Of a stretch of 64,000 nt of DNA, positions 20,346 through 30,193 are shown in pieces. The translations under genes and the position numbers were made by a program. How positions within the stretch are numbered: the first letter of the stretch is position 1; each line of letters begins with the position of its first letter. The notes beneath the pieces were generated by a model. It had not been told where the DNA came from and did not search any database. It worked only from the letters and a program-made list of their open reading frames with translations. Source of the DNA: an uncultured Candidatus Binatia bacterium (GTDB lineage Bacteria; Desulfobacterota; Binatia; Bin18); the NCBI GenBank assembly GCA_965214605.1, contig OZ243961.1:2848001-2912000 (forward strand), in the 5' to 3' direction.

Positions 20346-23300
20346 ATGAAACCGGTTGCTGAGCATGTCAAGTTCCCTGAGGTCGAACTGGAGATCCTCC
20401 GGTTCTGGGACGACAACAAGATTTTTGAAAACACACTGAAAAAAACTCGGGATCAGCAGCCGTTTATTTTTTATGACGGCCCGCCGTTTGCCACCGGCCT
20501 GCCGCACTATGGCCATCTGCTGGCCGGGACGATCAAAGACATCATTCCCCGTTTCTGGACCATGCGGGGCCGCTATGTGGATCGGCGTTTTGGCTGGGAC
20601 TGTCATGGCCTGCCAGTCGAAATGGAAATCGAGCAAGCCCTGAATTTGCACGGCAAAAGCGCGATTGAACGCTTTGGAGTGACGAATTTTAACGCCGAGT
20701 GTCGAAAAATTGTCCTACGCTATACCGAAGAGTGGGAAAAGACCGTACGCCGGACCGGTCGCTGGGTCGATTTTCGCAATGATTACCGGACCATGGACCT
20801 GTCGTTCATGGAAACGGTGTGGTGGGCGCTCAAACAGATGTGGGACAAGGAGTTGGTCTATGAGGGCTATAAGGTCCTGCCGTTCTCAACTCGACTGGGA
20901 ACAGTCCTGTCAAACTTTGAGGCCAATCTCAATTACAGAGACGTCCAAGACCCGACGGTCACTGTCCGTTTTGCGGCCGACGGGGAAGAACAGACCTCGT
21001 TTATCGCCTGGACAACCACGCCGTGGACCCTGCCGAGCAATCTAGCCCTAGCGGTTGGCCCGGACATTGATTACGTCAAGGTTCGAGACCATGAGGACGG
21101 CGCCCACTACATTATGGCCGAGGCGCGGCTCAAAACCTATTTTCCTAAGTCCGGGACCTGCACAATTGTCCAACGCTACAAGGGACGAAACTTGGTCGGC
21201 CGGGGCTATCGGCCGCTGTTTCCGTATTTTGCCGAACGGAAACAGCAGCATGCCTTCCGTCTTATTGCCGCCGACTATGTCACTACCGAAGACGGAACCG
21301 GTATCGTGCATATTGCCCCGGCTTTTGGTGAGGATGACTTTCTTGCCTGTCAGCAGGCCGGCATTGATCTGGTCAATCCGGTTGACGATGAGGGGAAATT
21401 CACCGCACAGGTCTCCGACTTCGCCGGCCTGCATGTGAAAGAGGCCGACGCCAAGATCATCGCTCATCTCAAACGGGACAAAAAACTTGTCCATCAGGGC
21501 ACGATCTCTCACAGCTACCCCTACTGCTGGCGGAGTGACACCCCGCTCATTTATCGTGCGGTAAATACCTGGTTTGTCCGGGTTGAAGCCTTCCGAGATC
21601 GACTGGTGGCCAATAATCAGCTGACGACCTGGGTCCCTGAGCATCTGCGTGACGGCCGCTTTGGGAAGTGGCTGGAAAATGCCCGTGACTGGGCAATTAG
21701 TCGGAACCGCTACTGGGGCACCCCGCTGCCGATTTGGAAGAGTGAGGATGGGAGCGAAATCGCGTGCATCGGCGGCGTTGAAGAGCTGGCCCAAAGAACC
21801 GGGGTGCGGGTCACCGATCTCCACCGCGAGTATGTCGATGACCTGAGCTTTCCGGCCACGACCGGGCGCGGTCTTATGCGCCGTGTGCCCCAGGTGTTTG
21901 ACTGCTGGTTCGAGAGCGGCTCCATGCCCTACGCCCAGATGCACTACCCGTTTGACAATGCCGAGAATTTTTCGCGCACCTTTCCAGCCGATTTTATTGC
22001 CGAGGGACTCGATCAAACTCGGGGCTGGTTCTATACCCTGATGGTAGTGGCCTCAGCTCTGTTTGATAAACCGGCTTTTCACAATGTTGTTGTTAACGGC
22101 CTTGTCTTGGCTGAAGACGGCAAAAAAATGAGCAAACGGCTCAAAAATTATCCCGAACCCGACGAGATCATGGCCCAATACGGTGCGGACGCCATGCGGC
22201 TGTACTTGATCAACTCGCCCTTGGTTCGGGCTGAGGAGTTACGGTTTAGCGAGCAAGGCGTGCGCGATACCGTGCGCCGGCTGCTGTTGCCGTGGTGGAA
22301 CGCGTATAAATTTTTTGTCACTTACGCGCTAGTCGACGACTGGAAGCCCGAGTCAGCCCTGGCTGATGCATCCCCGAATATTCTAGATCGCTGGATTGTG
22401 TCTCGGCAACAAACCCTGATTCGTCGTGTCAACACCGAGATGGAAGCCTACCGGTTGTATACCGTGGTGCCAGCCCTGCTCGACTTTCTGAACGAGCTGA
22501 CCAACTGGTACGTGCGTCTCAACCGCAGACGCTTCTGGGCGGACGATGGGACGGATAAGCACTTCGCCTATCATGCTCTGCACCAAGTCTTAGTGACCTT
22601 CTCGAAGCTGATGGCCCCGTTTACACCGTTCTTGGCCGATGCGGTCTACCGCAATTTAAGTACCCTCCAGCAGGAGCGGGTCGCGGACAGCGTCCATCTT
22701 GACGACTTTCCCAGCTATGATCCGCGTGTGGTTGACGCCGGTCTTGAGGATGCGGTGGCCCGTATGCAGCGCGTTATTCTCCTGGGACGCAGCCTGCGCA
22801 ATGAGCGCAAGGTCAAGGTCCGTATGCCCCTTCAAACGCTCACCATCCTCCATCGCCAAGAGTCTGTGCTGAACGACTTAAAACCGCTTGAGAGCTATAT
22901 CCGCGAAGAGTTGAACGTGAAGACCGTCGCCTACAGCACGGCCGAGGACGAAAAAGTGGAGCTGAGCGTCAAACCCAACCCACAGCTGCTTGGCCCCCGT
23001 TTCGGCAGGGCCTTTGGTCAGATCCGAAAGCAGCTAGCGGCGCTCAACCGTGAGCAGATGTTGACCCTGGAAGCGGGGCAGCCCTTGCAGTTGAACGGCC
23101 ATGCCTTTCAGCCGGATGAGGTGCAGATCCTGCGTCAGGCCAAGGATGGCCTACCCGATGTGCACTCAGACCGGTTCATCTCTATTGAGTTTCCGTGCGA
23201 ATTAAACGATGAGCTGATCAGCGAAGGCTTGGCCCGGGAAGTGGTGCACCTGATTCAACAGATGCGTAAAGATGCCGGCTACCAAGTCGAGGACCGGATT

Positions 23301-23480
23301 GCCGTCACCTATCAGGCCGCTCCGCAGCTAGCGACCGCTATTGATCGCCATCTGACCTATATCCAGCACGAAACCCTGGCCCGCTCGCTCGCCCAGACGC
23401 AACCGACTGGCGACTGGGTTGAGAGCGCGACTATTGAAGGAGCCGCTATCACGCTTGGGGTACAGCGTAGGGCGACCTAA
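20346..23480 (+). CDS. ileS: Isoleucyl-tRNA synthetase, type 2
   Basis: DGPPFATGLPHYGH, GWDCHGLP, WTTTPWTLPSN, FESGSMP, EGLDQTRGWFY, KMSKR; IleRS2-type C-terminus (EGLAREVV..IQ..RK). Confidence 0.97.
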   Translation: MKPVAEHVKFPEVELEILRFWDDNKIFENTLKKTRDQQPFIFYDGPPFATGLPHYGHLLAGTIKDIIPRFWTMRGRYVDRRFGWDCHGLPVEMEIEQALNLHGKSAIERFGVTNFNAECRKIVLRYTEEWEKTVRRTGRWVDFRNDYRTMDLSFMETVWWALKQMWDKELVYEGYKVLPFSTRLGTVLSNFEANLNYRDVQDPTVTVRFAADGEEQTSFIAWTTTPWTLPSNLALAVGPDIDYVKVRDHEDGAHYIMAEARLKTYFPKSGTCTIVQRYKGRNLVGRGYRPLFPYFAERKQQHAFRLIAADYVTTEDGTGIVHIAPAFGEDDFLACQQAGIDLVNPVDDEGKFTAQVSDFAGLHVKEADAKIIAHLKRDKKLVHQGTISHSYPYCWRSDTPLIYRAVNTWFVRVEAFRDRLVANNQLTTWVPEHLRDGRFGKWLENARDWAISRNRYWGTPLPIWKSEDGSEIACIGGVEELAQRTGVRVTDLHREYVDDLSFPATTGRGLMRRVPQVFDCWFESGSMPYAQMHYPFDNAENFSRTFPADFIAEGLDQTRGWFYTLMVVASALFDKPAFHNVVVNGLVLAEDGKKMSKRLKNYPEPDEIMAQYGADAMRLYLINSPLVRAEELRFSEQGVRDTVRRLLLPWWNAYKFFVTYALVDDWKPESALADASPNILDRWIVSRQQTLIRRVNTEMEAYRLYTVVPALLDFLNELTNWYVRLNRRRFWADDGTDKHFAYHALHQVLVTFSKLMAPFTPFLADAVYRNLSTLQQERVADSVHLDDFPSYDPRVVDAGLEDAVARMQRVILLGRSLRNERKVKVRMPLQTLTILHRQESVLNDLKPLESYIREELNVKTVAYSTAEDEKVELSVKPNPQLLGPRFGRAFGQIRKQLAALNREQMLTLEAGQPLQLNGHAFQPDEVQILRQAKDGLPDVHSDRFISIEFPCELNDELISEGLAREVVHLIQQMRKDAGYQVEDRIAVTYQAAPQLATAIDRHLTYIQHETLARSLAQTQPTGDWVESATIEGAAITLGVQRRAT

Positions 23481-23521
23481 ATCGCCCCGGCTGTGATACT
23501 CGTGCGGTTTGTAAGCTCGGT

Positions 23522-24073
23522 ATGAAGGGCACAAGGCGGGCGATACTTCAAAAGATATCGTTGTTCTCTTCTGGTCTGGAGATCAGGTATCAAGGATATC
23601 TTTTTGTCGTGGGGACGATCGTGGTCCTTGATCAGATCACCAAGTATCTGATTGACTCCTCCATGACGCTCTATCAATCGCAAGAAATTATCAGCGGCGT
23701 TTTGGCCCTGACTTATGTGCGCAATACCGGGGCCGCCTTTGGTTTGCTGGCCCATGCTCCGGCCTGGTTTCGTCAGCCCTTTTTCTACCTGGTCACCGGG
23801 GTTGCGATTGTCATTATGGGACTCTTTCTGCGGCGGCTGGGTGAGCAGGAACGGCTCGCCCGGCTGTCCATTATCGTGATCTTAGGGGGGGCGCTCGGTA
23901 ATCTGATCGACCGTATTCGGTTTGGCTATGTGATCGATTTTCTCGATGTCTCATGGCAGGGCTACCACTGGCCGGCCTTTAATGTCGCTGACTCGTGTAT
24001 CACGCTGGGTGTACTCGGAATGCTGTGGGCATCGGTGCGCGGCCCGGTCCCCCCCGCGCAACCTCCGGGCTAG
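23522..24073 (+). CDS. lspA: Lipoprotein signal peptidase
   Basis: DQITK, NTGAAFG, GALGNLIDR, VIDF, WPAFNVADS; ileS-lspA synteny. Confidence 0.96.
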   Translation: MKGTRRAILQKISLFSSGLEIRYQGYLFVVGTIVVLDQITKYLIDSSMTLYQSQEIISGVLALTYVRNTGAAFGLLAHAPAWFRQPFFYLVTGVAIVIMGLFLRRLGEQERLARLSIIVILGGALGNLIDRIRFGYVIDFLDVSWQGYHWPAFNVADSCITLGVLGMLWASVRGPVPPAQPPG

Positions 24074-24086
24074 TTGCGGTTTTATA

Positions 24087-24115
24087 TTGACGTGTTTCAG
24101 ATGGCCCAGTAACAT
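24087..24115 (+). promoter_or_regulatory. Putative sigma70 promoter of the glycine-zipper lipoprotein pair
   Basis: TTGACG-N17-TAACAT upstream of AGGAGG and ATG 24144. Confidence 0.55.
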
Positions 24116-24143
24116 ATACCAGATATGGATGAGGAGGTGTGCT

Positions 24144-24557
24144 ATGCCGAGACAAGGAGCCATCCGTATGGGAAAAGGTATCGGTGAGGGTCGGTTTTTC
24201 CGCAGGAAGAGGGCAACGATATCTTTTATGGCGGTGGTGGCCTGCGTGGTAGTGAGCGGCTGTTCGCAGCCCTTGAGTACGCGTGAGAAAAGCACGATAG
24301 GTGGCGGCCTGCTCGGCGGCGCGGCCGGCTCGATTATTGGAGCGGCCGTGGGCAGCCCGGCTGCCGGCGCGGCCATTGGAACCGCCCTTGGAGCCGGCAC
24401 CGGAGCCCTATACGGCGACAAGACGCAGAGTCAAGAAACGCTACAGGTCCAGCAACAGGAACAGATCCAGCGAAATGAACTGGAACTCCAACGCCAACGT
24501 CAGGAGCTGGAACGGCTCAGGCAGCAGCAACAGCGGCGCTATGACGATGACTACTGA
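24144..24557 (+). CDS. Glycine-zipper lipoprotein with Gln-rich coiled-coil tail
   Basis: Lipobox VSGC, GGLLGGAAGSIIGAAVG...GAAIGTALGAGTG, C-terminal Q/E/R-rich helix. Confidence 0.8.
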   Translation: MPRQGAIRMGKGIGEGRFFRRKRATISFMAVVACVVVSGCSQPLSTREKSTIGGGLLGGAAGSIIGAAVGSPAAGAAIGTALGAGTGALYGDKTQSQETLQVQQQEQIQRNELELQRQRQELERLRQQQQRRYDDDY

Positions 24558-24587
24558 TCGGGCGGTCTGGTGGGTGTAAGGAGAAAG

Positions 24588-25355
24588 ATGAGGATATGGA
24601 CGGGACCTAACGCCACTCTGGGTGAGCGAGTGAAAAATTGGACCGGTGGGCACCGCGGGTGGAGTGTGGCTCTTGTTGCCGTGGCGCTGTTTGTCGGTTG
24701 CTCACAGCCCCTCACCACACGCCAGAAGAGTACCGGAGTTGGAGCGTTGCTCGGCGGCGCGACCGGCGCCCTGATTGGCACTGCGGTCGGCAAACCAGCC
24801 GCCGGAGCAGCGATTGGAACCGCTCTTGGGGCCGGAACCGGTGCTGTGGTCGGGGACCGGATGCAGCAGCGTGACATTGAGATTGCCCAGCAAGATCAAC
24901 AGATTCGACGTCAGAGCCAGCAGCTGGCCCGCAATCGGCAACTCTTGGAAGAACTCAAACGGCAGGGGCTTGAGGCTGAAGAGACCTCGCGCGGGGTCGT
25001 GGTCAACTTACCGGATGTGTTGTTCCAGTTTGGCCAAGCCCGTTTAACGACCCAAGCCCGCGACCGGGTGACGGATATTTCGACGATCCTGAAAACTCAG
25101 GCGCAAGGTCGGCGTGTGTCGGTTGAGGGACACACCGATTCGGTCGGGAGCGATCAGTTCAATCAGCGTTTATCCGAGCAGCGGGCCAATAGTGTGGTGA
25201 ATGAATTGGAACTCAACGGAGTCGCCCGCAGCCGGGTGAACTCCAAGGGCTATGGAGAACGCTATCCGGTTGCCCCTAACACCAATCCGGACGGCAGCGA
25301 TAATCCACGCGGGCGGACGAAAAATAGACGGGTTGAGGTTGTGATTGAAAATTAG
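24588..25355 (+). CDS. Glycine-zipper OmpA-family lipoprotein
   Basis: Lipobox FVGC, glycine zipper, DVLFQFG, VEGHTDSVG, NQRLSEQRA, KNRRVEV. Confidence 0.92.
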   Translation: MRIWTGPNATLGERVKNWTGGHRGWSVALVAVALFVGCSQPLTTRQKSTGVGALLGGATGALIGTAVGKPAAGAAIGTALGAGTGAVVGDRMQQRDIEIAQQDQQIRRQSQQLARNRQLLEELKRQGLEAEETSRGVVVNLPDVLFQFGQARLTTQARDRVTDISTILKTQAQGRRVSVEGHTDSVGSDQFNQRLSEQRANSVVNELELNGVARSRVNSKGYGERYPVAPNTNPDGSDNPRGRTKNRRVEVVIEN

Positions 25356-25467
25356 AACAAGGCTGGTATGGTGGCGCCGGAACTGATCGCCATTCTTACA
25401 GGGGGTGATCCCGACCGACAACCTGGGCGCATGGAACACAAGCCTGCCCGCAGGTCGACTAGCTGAG

Positions 25468-26901
25468 TTACTTCTCCTCTTCAAGCGTGCCAGCCGTTTC
25501 TTCAGCCGGTGTGTCCCAAAAGTCGGCCGGTTTTTTATTCAAGCGCTCAAAGACGTAGTCCCGGAGTCTAAAAACGGTCTGCCCATCTTCGGCCATGGCA
25601 AAGATCTGGGCGGTGTCATCGCGCGCGGTCTGGCCGATAAGCAAACCGGCCAGCCTGTCCTCCGCCTCGTTATAGGCCCGAATCGTAAGTAGCGGCTCGT
25701 CCAGACCATAGCTCCCGACCTCTTCGGGATGATCGGCGACAATCTCAAATCCCTTCAGCTCATGCGCATCTGTTACAAACTGGGCCACCGCGCTCTGTTT
25801 GAGCGTGCCAGCCTGGACCGTGTCGATCTGCCATTGCGCTTCCTGGTCTTCGGCTGGGGCTTTGGTCAGCAGAAATCCCTCTCCATCCTGGCGTTTGACC
25901 TCAACCCGCGCGACCGTATCCTTGGCAAATCGTACCACCGTCTTGTCCCGAAAATCGTGAGCGGTTTTATTGAGATCCCCGAAGGTCCAGCCGCCGACCA
26001 GATACACGACTTCGGCGTCTTCGCGTTTCACATGGCGTTGCTTGGTGCCTTGGGCGGTGGATTTTTCACTGCCGACCAGCAGGCGCAGAGCGGACGCCCC
26101 GCCTTGCCCGTTTTCTGCCAGTGTTAAGCCAACAGACAGTTGGGGCGGGGCCAGACCCAACTCTTTGAGCTCCGAGGGGGGCTGTTCAATAAAATCTTGG
26201 GCGCGCATACCGCTCAGAGACGACAGAAAGGTACGTACACTGGCCTCATCCACCTGTTGAACTAGGGTAGGCTGGTCGAGCGTCCAGCCGTCGTCGGTTT
26301 TGCGTAACACGACCGGCGCCTCGGCCGTTGCCGGGCGGTGCACCTCAATCTGGCTGACCCACTCCTTCTGAAAGGCCAGCACAGTCTTGTCACGGAGGTC
26401 TTTAGTCTCTTTGGTCATGCCCACACGGAAGGCTTGGGGAGTGAGCAGCACTGTCTCTTCTCCCTCCCGCTGCACGTAGACTGAATGGCCGACCGGGGTA
26501 TCTTTGCCAATGCGAATGAGTGGGAGTTGGCTGCCGTCTTTGAGCGTCAGGTGAACCGTGACTGCCGGTTCGTCGAGACCGTACAGGGCCAGGTCTGCCT
26601 GGAGGTCGTCAAGCGTCCGAGAGACCTCTGCTTGGTCCACCGCTTTGATCAGATTATCGACCGTGCCTGTATCGGCCCGGACCTCAATCGGAGCGGTGAT
26701 CTTCCATCCGTCGTCGTCTTTTGCCAGATGCAGCTCGCGATCGGCATAGACGAGGGCGACCTGAGTCACGGCCTCCGGATCAAACTGGAGCAGTGTCTTG
26801 GCGTTCTTTTCAGCCTGCTGTCTGTCCAGATCGATAAAGTAAATATATCCGCCAAGTCCGAGGAGGACGGCGAGCATCAGCAGAGTTCTGCGGAAAGTCA
26901 T
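25468..26901 (-). CDS. DUF4340 repeat protein (ABC/Gld-associated)
   Basis: N-terminal TM helix; repeated W.I..P...AD / YGL..P / LRDK modules. Confidence 0.82.
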   Translation of the reverse strand: MTFRRTLLMLAVLLGLGGYIYFIDLDRQQAEKNAKTLLQFDPEAVTQVALVYADRELHLAKDDDGWKITAPIEVRADTGTVDNLIKAVDQAEVSRTLDDLQADLALYGLDEPAVTVHLTLKDGSQLPLIRIGKDTPVGHSVYVQREGEETVLLTPQAFRVGMTKETKDLRDKTVLAFQKEWVSQIEVHRPATAEAPVVLRKTDDGWTLDQPTLVQQVDEASVRTFLSSLSGMRAQDFIEQPPSELKELGLAPPQLSVGLTLAENGQGGASALRLLVGSEKSTAQGTKQRHVKREDAEVVYLVGGWTFGDLNKTAHDFRDKTVVRFAKDTVARVEVKRQDGEGFLLTKAPAEDQEAQWQIDTVQAGTLKQSAVAQFVTDAHELKGFEIVADHPEEVGSYGLDEPLLTIRAYNEAEDRLAGLLIGQTARDDTAQIFAMAEDGQTVFRLRDYVFERLNKKPADFWDTPAEETAGTLEEEK

Positions 26902-28448
26902 CGCCTGCTCCACCACATCGCCAGGCCTGCAATTAGAAGAATCTCAGGGAGAATCAGGACCGACAAATAAAAAATAGTCGTTCCTTGTTCTTGGGTGAAC
27001 TGGACCCGCGAGGCCCGCAGTGTTCGGGGGCGGATCGAGATCAGCTCCTCCTCGCCACCCAACCAACTGATGGTGTTCAGAAGAAAATCGCGGTTGAAAT
27101 ATTGGTTGATATACTGATTGTTGGCAAAAATCGCATTCCCAAAAACGGCCAGCCGACTGTTGCCCTCCTGCTCGCCTCCCATCTCTTTGAGATTGGCGGT
27201 GACTGCGACGGCGAGCGAGATAGGGCCACGCCGGTCCTGTTCGCCAATTGTGGCCGTCTGGTTTTGAAAGATCCCCTCAAGGTCGGTCTCCGCCCACGAG
27301 TTTGGACCAGTTTGAGCGAGACTGACCAGCGACAGCCCGGCGTTCTCGTTCAGGCTCGGCTCGACAGACCGGGAAACGCCATACGAGGTCAGCGCCGCAC
27401 CTCCGCGCCGACCCAGCGCGGCAGTAATAGGATGCGAACCATAGCTGGTGACGACCGGCGTGAGGGTAAACGTCCGTCCGCGTAAGAGCTGAATCTGCTC
27501 ATCCACAATGACATCGTTGCCGACCTGGACCCCCCAGTTTGTCAAATAGGTTGACAGCTCTGGGGTGACGCGGGGACTGAGGAGAAACAGGGCGTGGCCC
27601 TCCTGTTTGAGGTAGTGATCAATCGCTTGGGTCTCATGGGGTAACAGCGAGCGCTGGGCACCGGCAATAATGAGCACGTTGGTATCGTCCGGCACGGCGG
27701 TATCTGGAGACAGGACCAGCTTCCTGACCGTATACCCTTCATTCTCAAGGGCGACTTTGAACTGGCTATACCCCTGGCCTTGCTGGTTATCATCAATGCT
27801 GGGCTCGCCATGGCCCTCGACAAAGTAGATCGTTTTGGCCTCGGCCTGGGCGACTTTAATCATCCCGTTGGTGAGGTTTTCTTCAGAGATACTCGTTACG
27901 ACGTGTGACCGCTCACCGTACTGCAAGTGGATGGACGGAAGCGACATAATCTGGAAGCGCTCAACGAGGTCTGGACGCGTATCCGGATCCACAATGGTGG
28001 ACGACAGTCGGTCTGAGGCATAGCCATAGCTGGCCAGCAGGTCTTCTAGCTGGGGATCGGTTCCAGCTGCGACAAAGGCATGAATTTCCAGTTCTTGGTC
28101 AAGATTTTTCACCACCTGCTGGGACTGGGAAGACAGGCTATAGACCCTGGCCTCGGTCAAATCGAAGCGATGATAGTAACGCGTCCCGAGGTAATTCAGC
28201 GCGATCAGTACACCAAAGGCGATCAGTGAATAGAGGGCCGCGTTGGCGCCGTATTTTGTTGATCGTTCGCCCAGAAAAGTCCACAGCCCGTCTTTGGCCG
28301 AGGCAAAGTAGACGATCAGGGCCAGGGCGCCAAGCAGAGCGTGGATAAAGACATAGGTCGCGACAATGCGGGTCAGATAATACGCAATGCCCGCAAAGAC
28401 GAGTAGGGTGAGCCCAGCCACCCCGTAGAAGCCATCGAGACGCGGCAT
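26898..28448 (-). CDS. GldG-like ABC auxiliary protein
   Basis: RFDLT...YSLS, IYFVEGHGE, NRDFLLNTISWL...LISIRP; terminal TM helices. Confidence 0.87.
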   Translation of the reverse strand: MPRLDGFYGVAGLTLLVFAGIAYYLTRIVATYVFIHALLGALALIVYFASAKDGLWTFLGERSTKYGANAALYSLIAFGVLIALNYLGTRYYHRFDLTEARVYSLSSQSQQVVKNLDQELEIHAFVAAGTDPQLEDLLASYGYASDRLSSTIVDPDTRPDLVERFQIMSLPSIHLQYGERSHVVTSISEENLTNGMIKVAQAEAKTIYFVEGHGEPSIDDNQQGQGYSQFKVALENEGYTVRKLVLSPDTAVPDDTNVLIIAGAQRSLLPHETQAIDHYLKQEGHALFLLSPRVTPELSTYLTNWGVQVGNDVIVDEQIQLLRGRTFTLTPVVTSYGSHPITAALGRRGGAALTSYGVSRSVEPSLNENAGLSLVSLAQTGPNSWAETDLEGIFQNQTATIGEQDRRGPISLAVAVTANLKEMGGEQEGNSRLAVFGNAIFANNQYINQYFNRDFLLNTISWLGGEEELISIRPRTLRASRVQFTQEQGTTIFYLSVLILPEILLIAGLAMWWSRR

Positions 28449-28453
28449 GCTAT

Positions 28454-29224
28454 TTACCTCCAGCGCAGAGATTCAACCGAACGCATGGTCAGGAACAGCG
28501 CAAGTCCGATCAGGCTGGCGAAATAGACAAGCGCGCGGGTATCAATAACGCCCTTGATAAATTCGGCAAAGTGATCGGTGATGGACAGATATTTAAGAAT
28601 CGGGCCAAGAACCTCTCCCGCGCCCTGGGCTGGCCAGCCAATGATGTACAGCAACAGCATCGCGACGAGGCCGCTGACCGCGGCAATAATTTGGTTTTCG
28701 GTCACCGAGGACGTGAACAGTCCGAGGGCCACGAAAGATATGGCCATTAACAGCAGTCCGAGATAGCCCGACAGCATCACCCTCACCTCTGGATTGCCAA
28801 AGACGATCAACAGGATCGGATAGATGGCCGTCAGGCCGATCATGATGCAGATGAACACCAAGGAGGCAAAAAATTTCCCCAGCACAATTTCCGTCGTCCG
28901 TAACGGGGAGGTCAGCAGCAGCTCATACGTGCCGCCTTTTTTTTCCTCGGCAAAGGCCCGCATCGTGATCATAGGGACCAGAATGACCAGGACGATCGAC
29001 AGGTTGTTCATCAGCGGCGCAATCACAAAATCGTTTAAATTGAGTTGATCGGCCGCTCCCGCCTGAAACTGAGTATACATCGACAGCAGGAGATTAAAGC
29101 GTGATAACAGATTGAAAAAAAACCAGCCGCCCAGCAGCAGAAATCCGGTCAACACCACATAGGCCACCGGAGAGACAAAATAGGAGCGCATCTCCTTTCC
29201 GATAATCGTCCATATATTTCTCAT
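28454..29224 (-). CDS. GldF-like ABC-2 permease
   Basis: KEMRSYFVSPVAY, TMRAFAEEKK.GT.ELLLTSP, SS.TENQIIAA. Confidence 0.9.
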   Translation of the reverse strand: MRNIWTIIGKEMRSYFVSPVAYVVLTGFLLLGGWFFFNLLSRFNLLLSMYTQFQAGAADQLNLNDFVIAPLMNNLSIVLVILVPMITMRAFAEEKKGGTYELLLTSPLRTTEIVLGKFFASLVFICIMIGLTAIYPILLIVFGNPEVRVMLSGYLGLLLMAISFVALGLFTSSVTENQIIAAVSGLVAMLLLYIIGWPAQGAGEVLGPILKYLSITDHFAEFIKGVIDTRALVYFASLIGLALFLTMRSVESLRWR

Positions 29225-29269
29225 GCCTCACCTCCCTCTTCAAAAGATATTGTTGATGGCCGATCTCAA

Positions 29270-30052
29270 TCAGGACGATATCGGCGTTATCTTTTCGTCC
29301 GTCTCTGGCAGTATATCGGATTGGGCTGGTGTCGAGGGTTGGGCGTCTTCCTGGGAGATGGCCCGTAAAAAGACGTCTTCAAGCGATTGCTCCTCGGTCA
29401 GATGGGCTAGGGTGTCCTCGAGCACGACCTGGCCGGAGCTGATGATCACCACTTTTTCGCACACCTGGGCGACTTCGGGCAGAATGTGGGTCGACAGCAC
29501 GACGGTATGCGAGCCGGCGAATTCTTTAATCAGGGAGCGGATCTCGATGATTTGCTGTGGGTCGAGTCCCACAGTCGGCTCGTCTAAGATGAGGACGGCA
29601 GGATTGTGAATGATCGCCTGCGCGAGTCCAACCCGCTGCCGAAAACCTTTAGACAGGTGTCCGGTCAGCCGATTGACGACCTCAGTCAGCCCGCAGCGAG
29701 TCACGGCGGTGTCTAGGGCGTCGCCAATCTCGGCCTTTCTCAGCCCCTTGATTCGGGCCACAAAGCGGAGATAGGAGGCAACAGTCATATCGTTGTACAA
29801 CGGCGGGCTCTCCGGCAGGTACCCGATACGCTTTCGCGCCTCAAATGAGTCGGTGAAAATATCAAACCCGTCGACTTTGACCGTTCCGCTCGTTGCCGGC
29901 ATAAAACCGGTAATGATGCGCATGGTCGTGGTTTTGCCTGAGCCGTTGGGACCGAGGAAGCCAAGGATCTGGCCCGATTCGACCTGAAAAGAAATATTCG
30001 AGACCGCGGTCAGATCACCGTAGCGTTTCGTCAGATGCTGAACTTCTATCAT
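29270..30052 (-). CDS. GldA-like ABC ATP-binding protein
   Basis: GPNGSGKTT, LSKGFRQRVGLA, ILDEPT, STHIL. Confidence 0.93.
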   Translation of the reverse strand: MIEVQHLTKRYGDLTAVSNISFQVESGQILGFLGPNGSGKTTTMRIITGFMPATSGTVKVDGFDIFTDSFEARKRIGYLPESPPLYNDMTVASYLRFVARIKGLRKAEIGDALDTAVTRCGLTEVVNRLTGHLSKGFRQRVGLAQAIIHNPAVLILDEPTVGLDPQQIIEIRSLIKEFAGSHTVVLSTHILPEVAQVCEKVVIISSGQVVLEDTLAHLTEEQSLEDVFLRAISQEDAQPSTPAQSDILPETDEKITPISS

Positions 30053-30164
30053 GGCGTAGAATACATTGACTGAGGGACGGAGTGTATGTGAGAGACGTGT
30101 TATCTACGGAAACACGCAGCAGGTCTATTGTCCTCTCTCTGTGTTGATCTGCGACTGCTGGCAA

Positions 30165-30193
30165 AAAGTAGTAATGCACTGGCAACTTGTCAA
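30165..30193 (-). promoter_or_regulatory. Putative sigma70 promoter of the Gld-like ABC operon
   Basis: Minus strand TTGACA(30193-30188)-N17-TACTTT(30170-30165). Confidence 0.5.
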
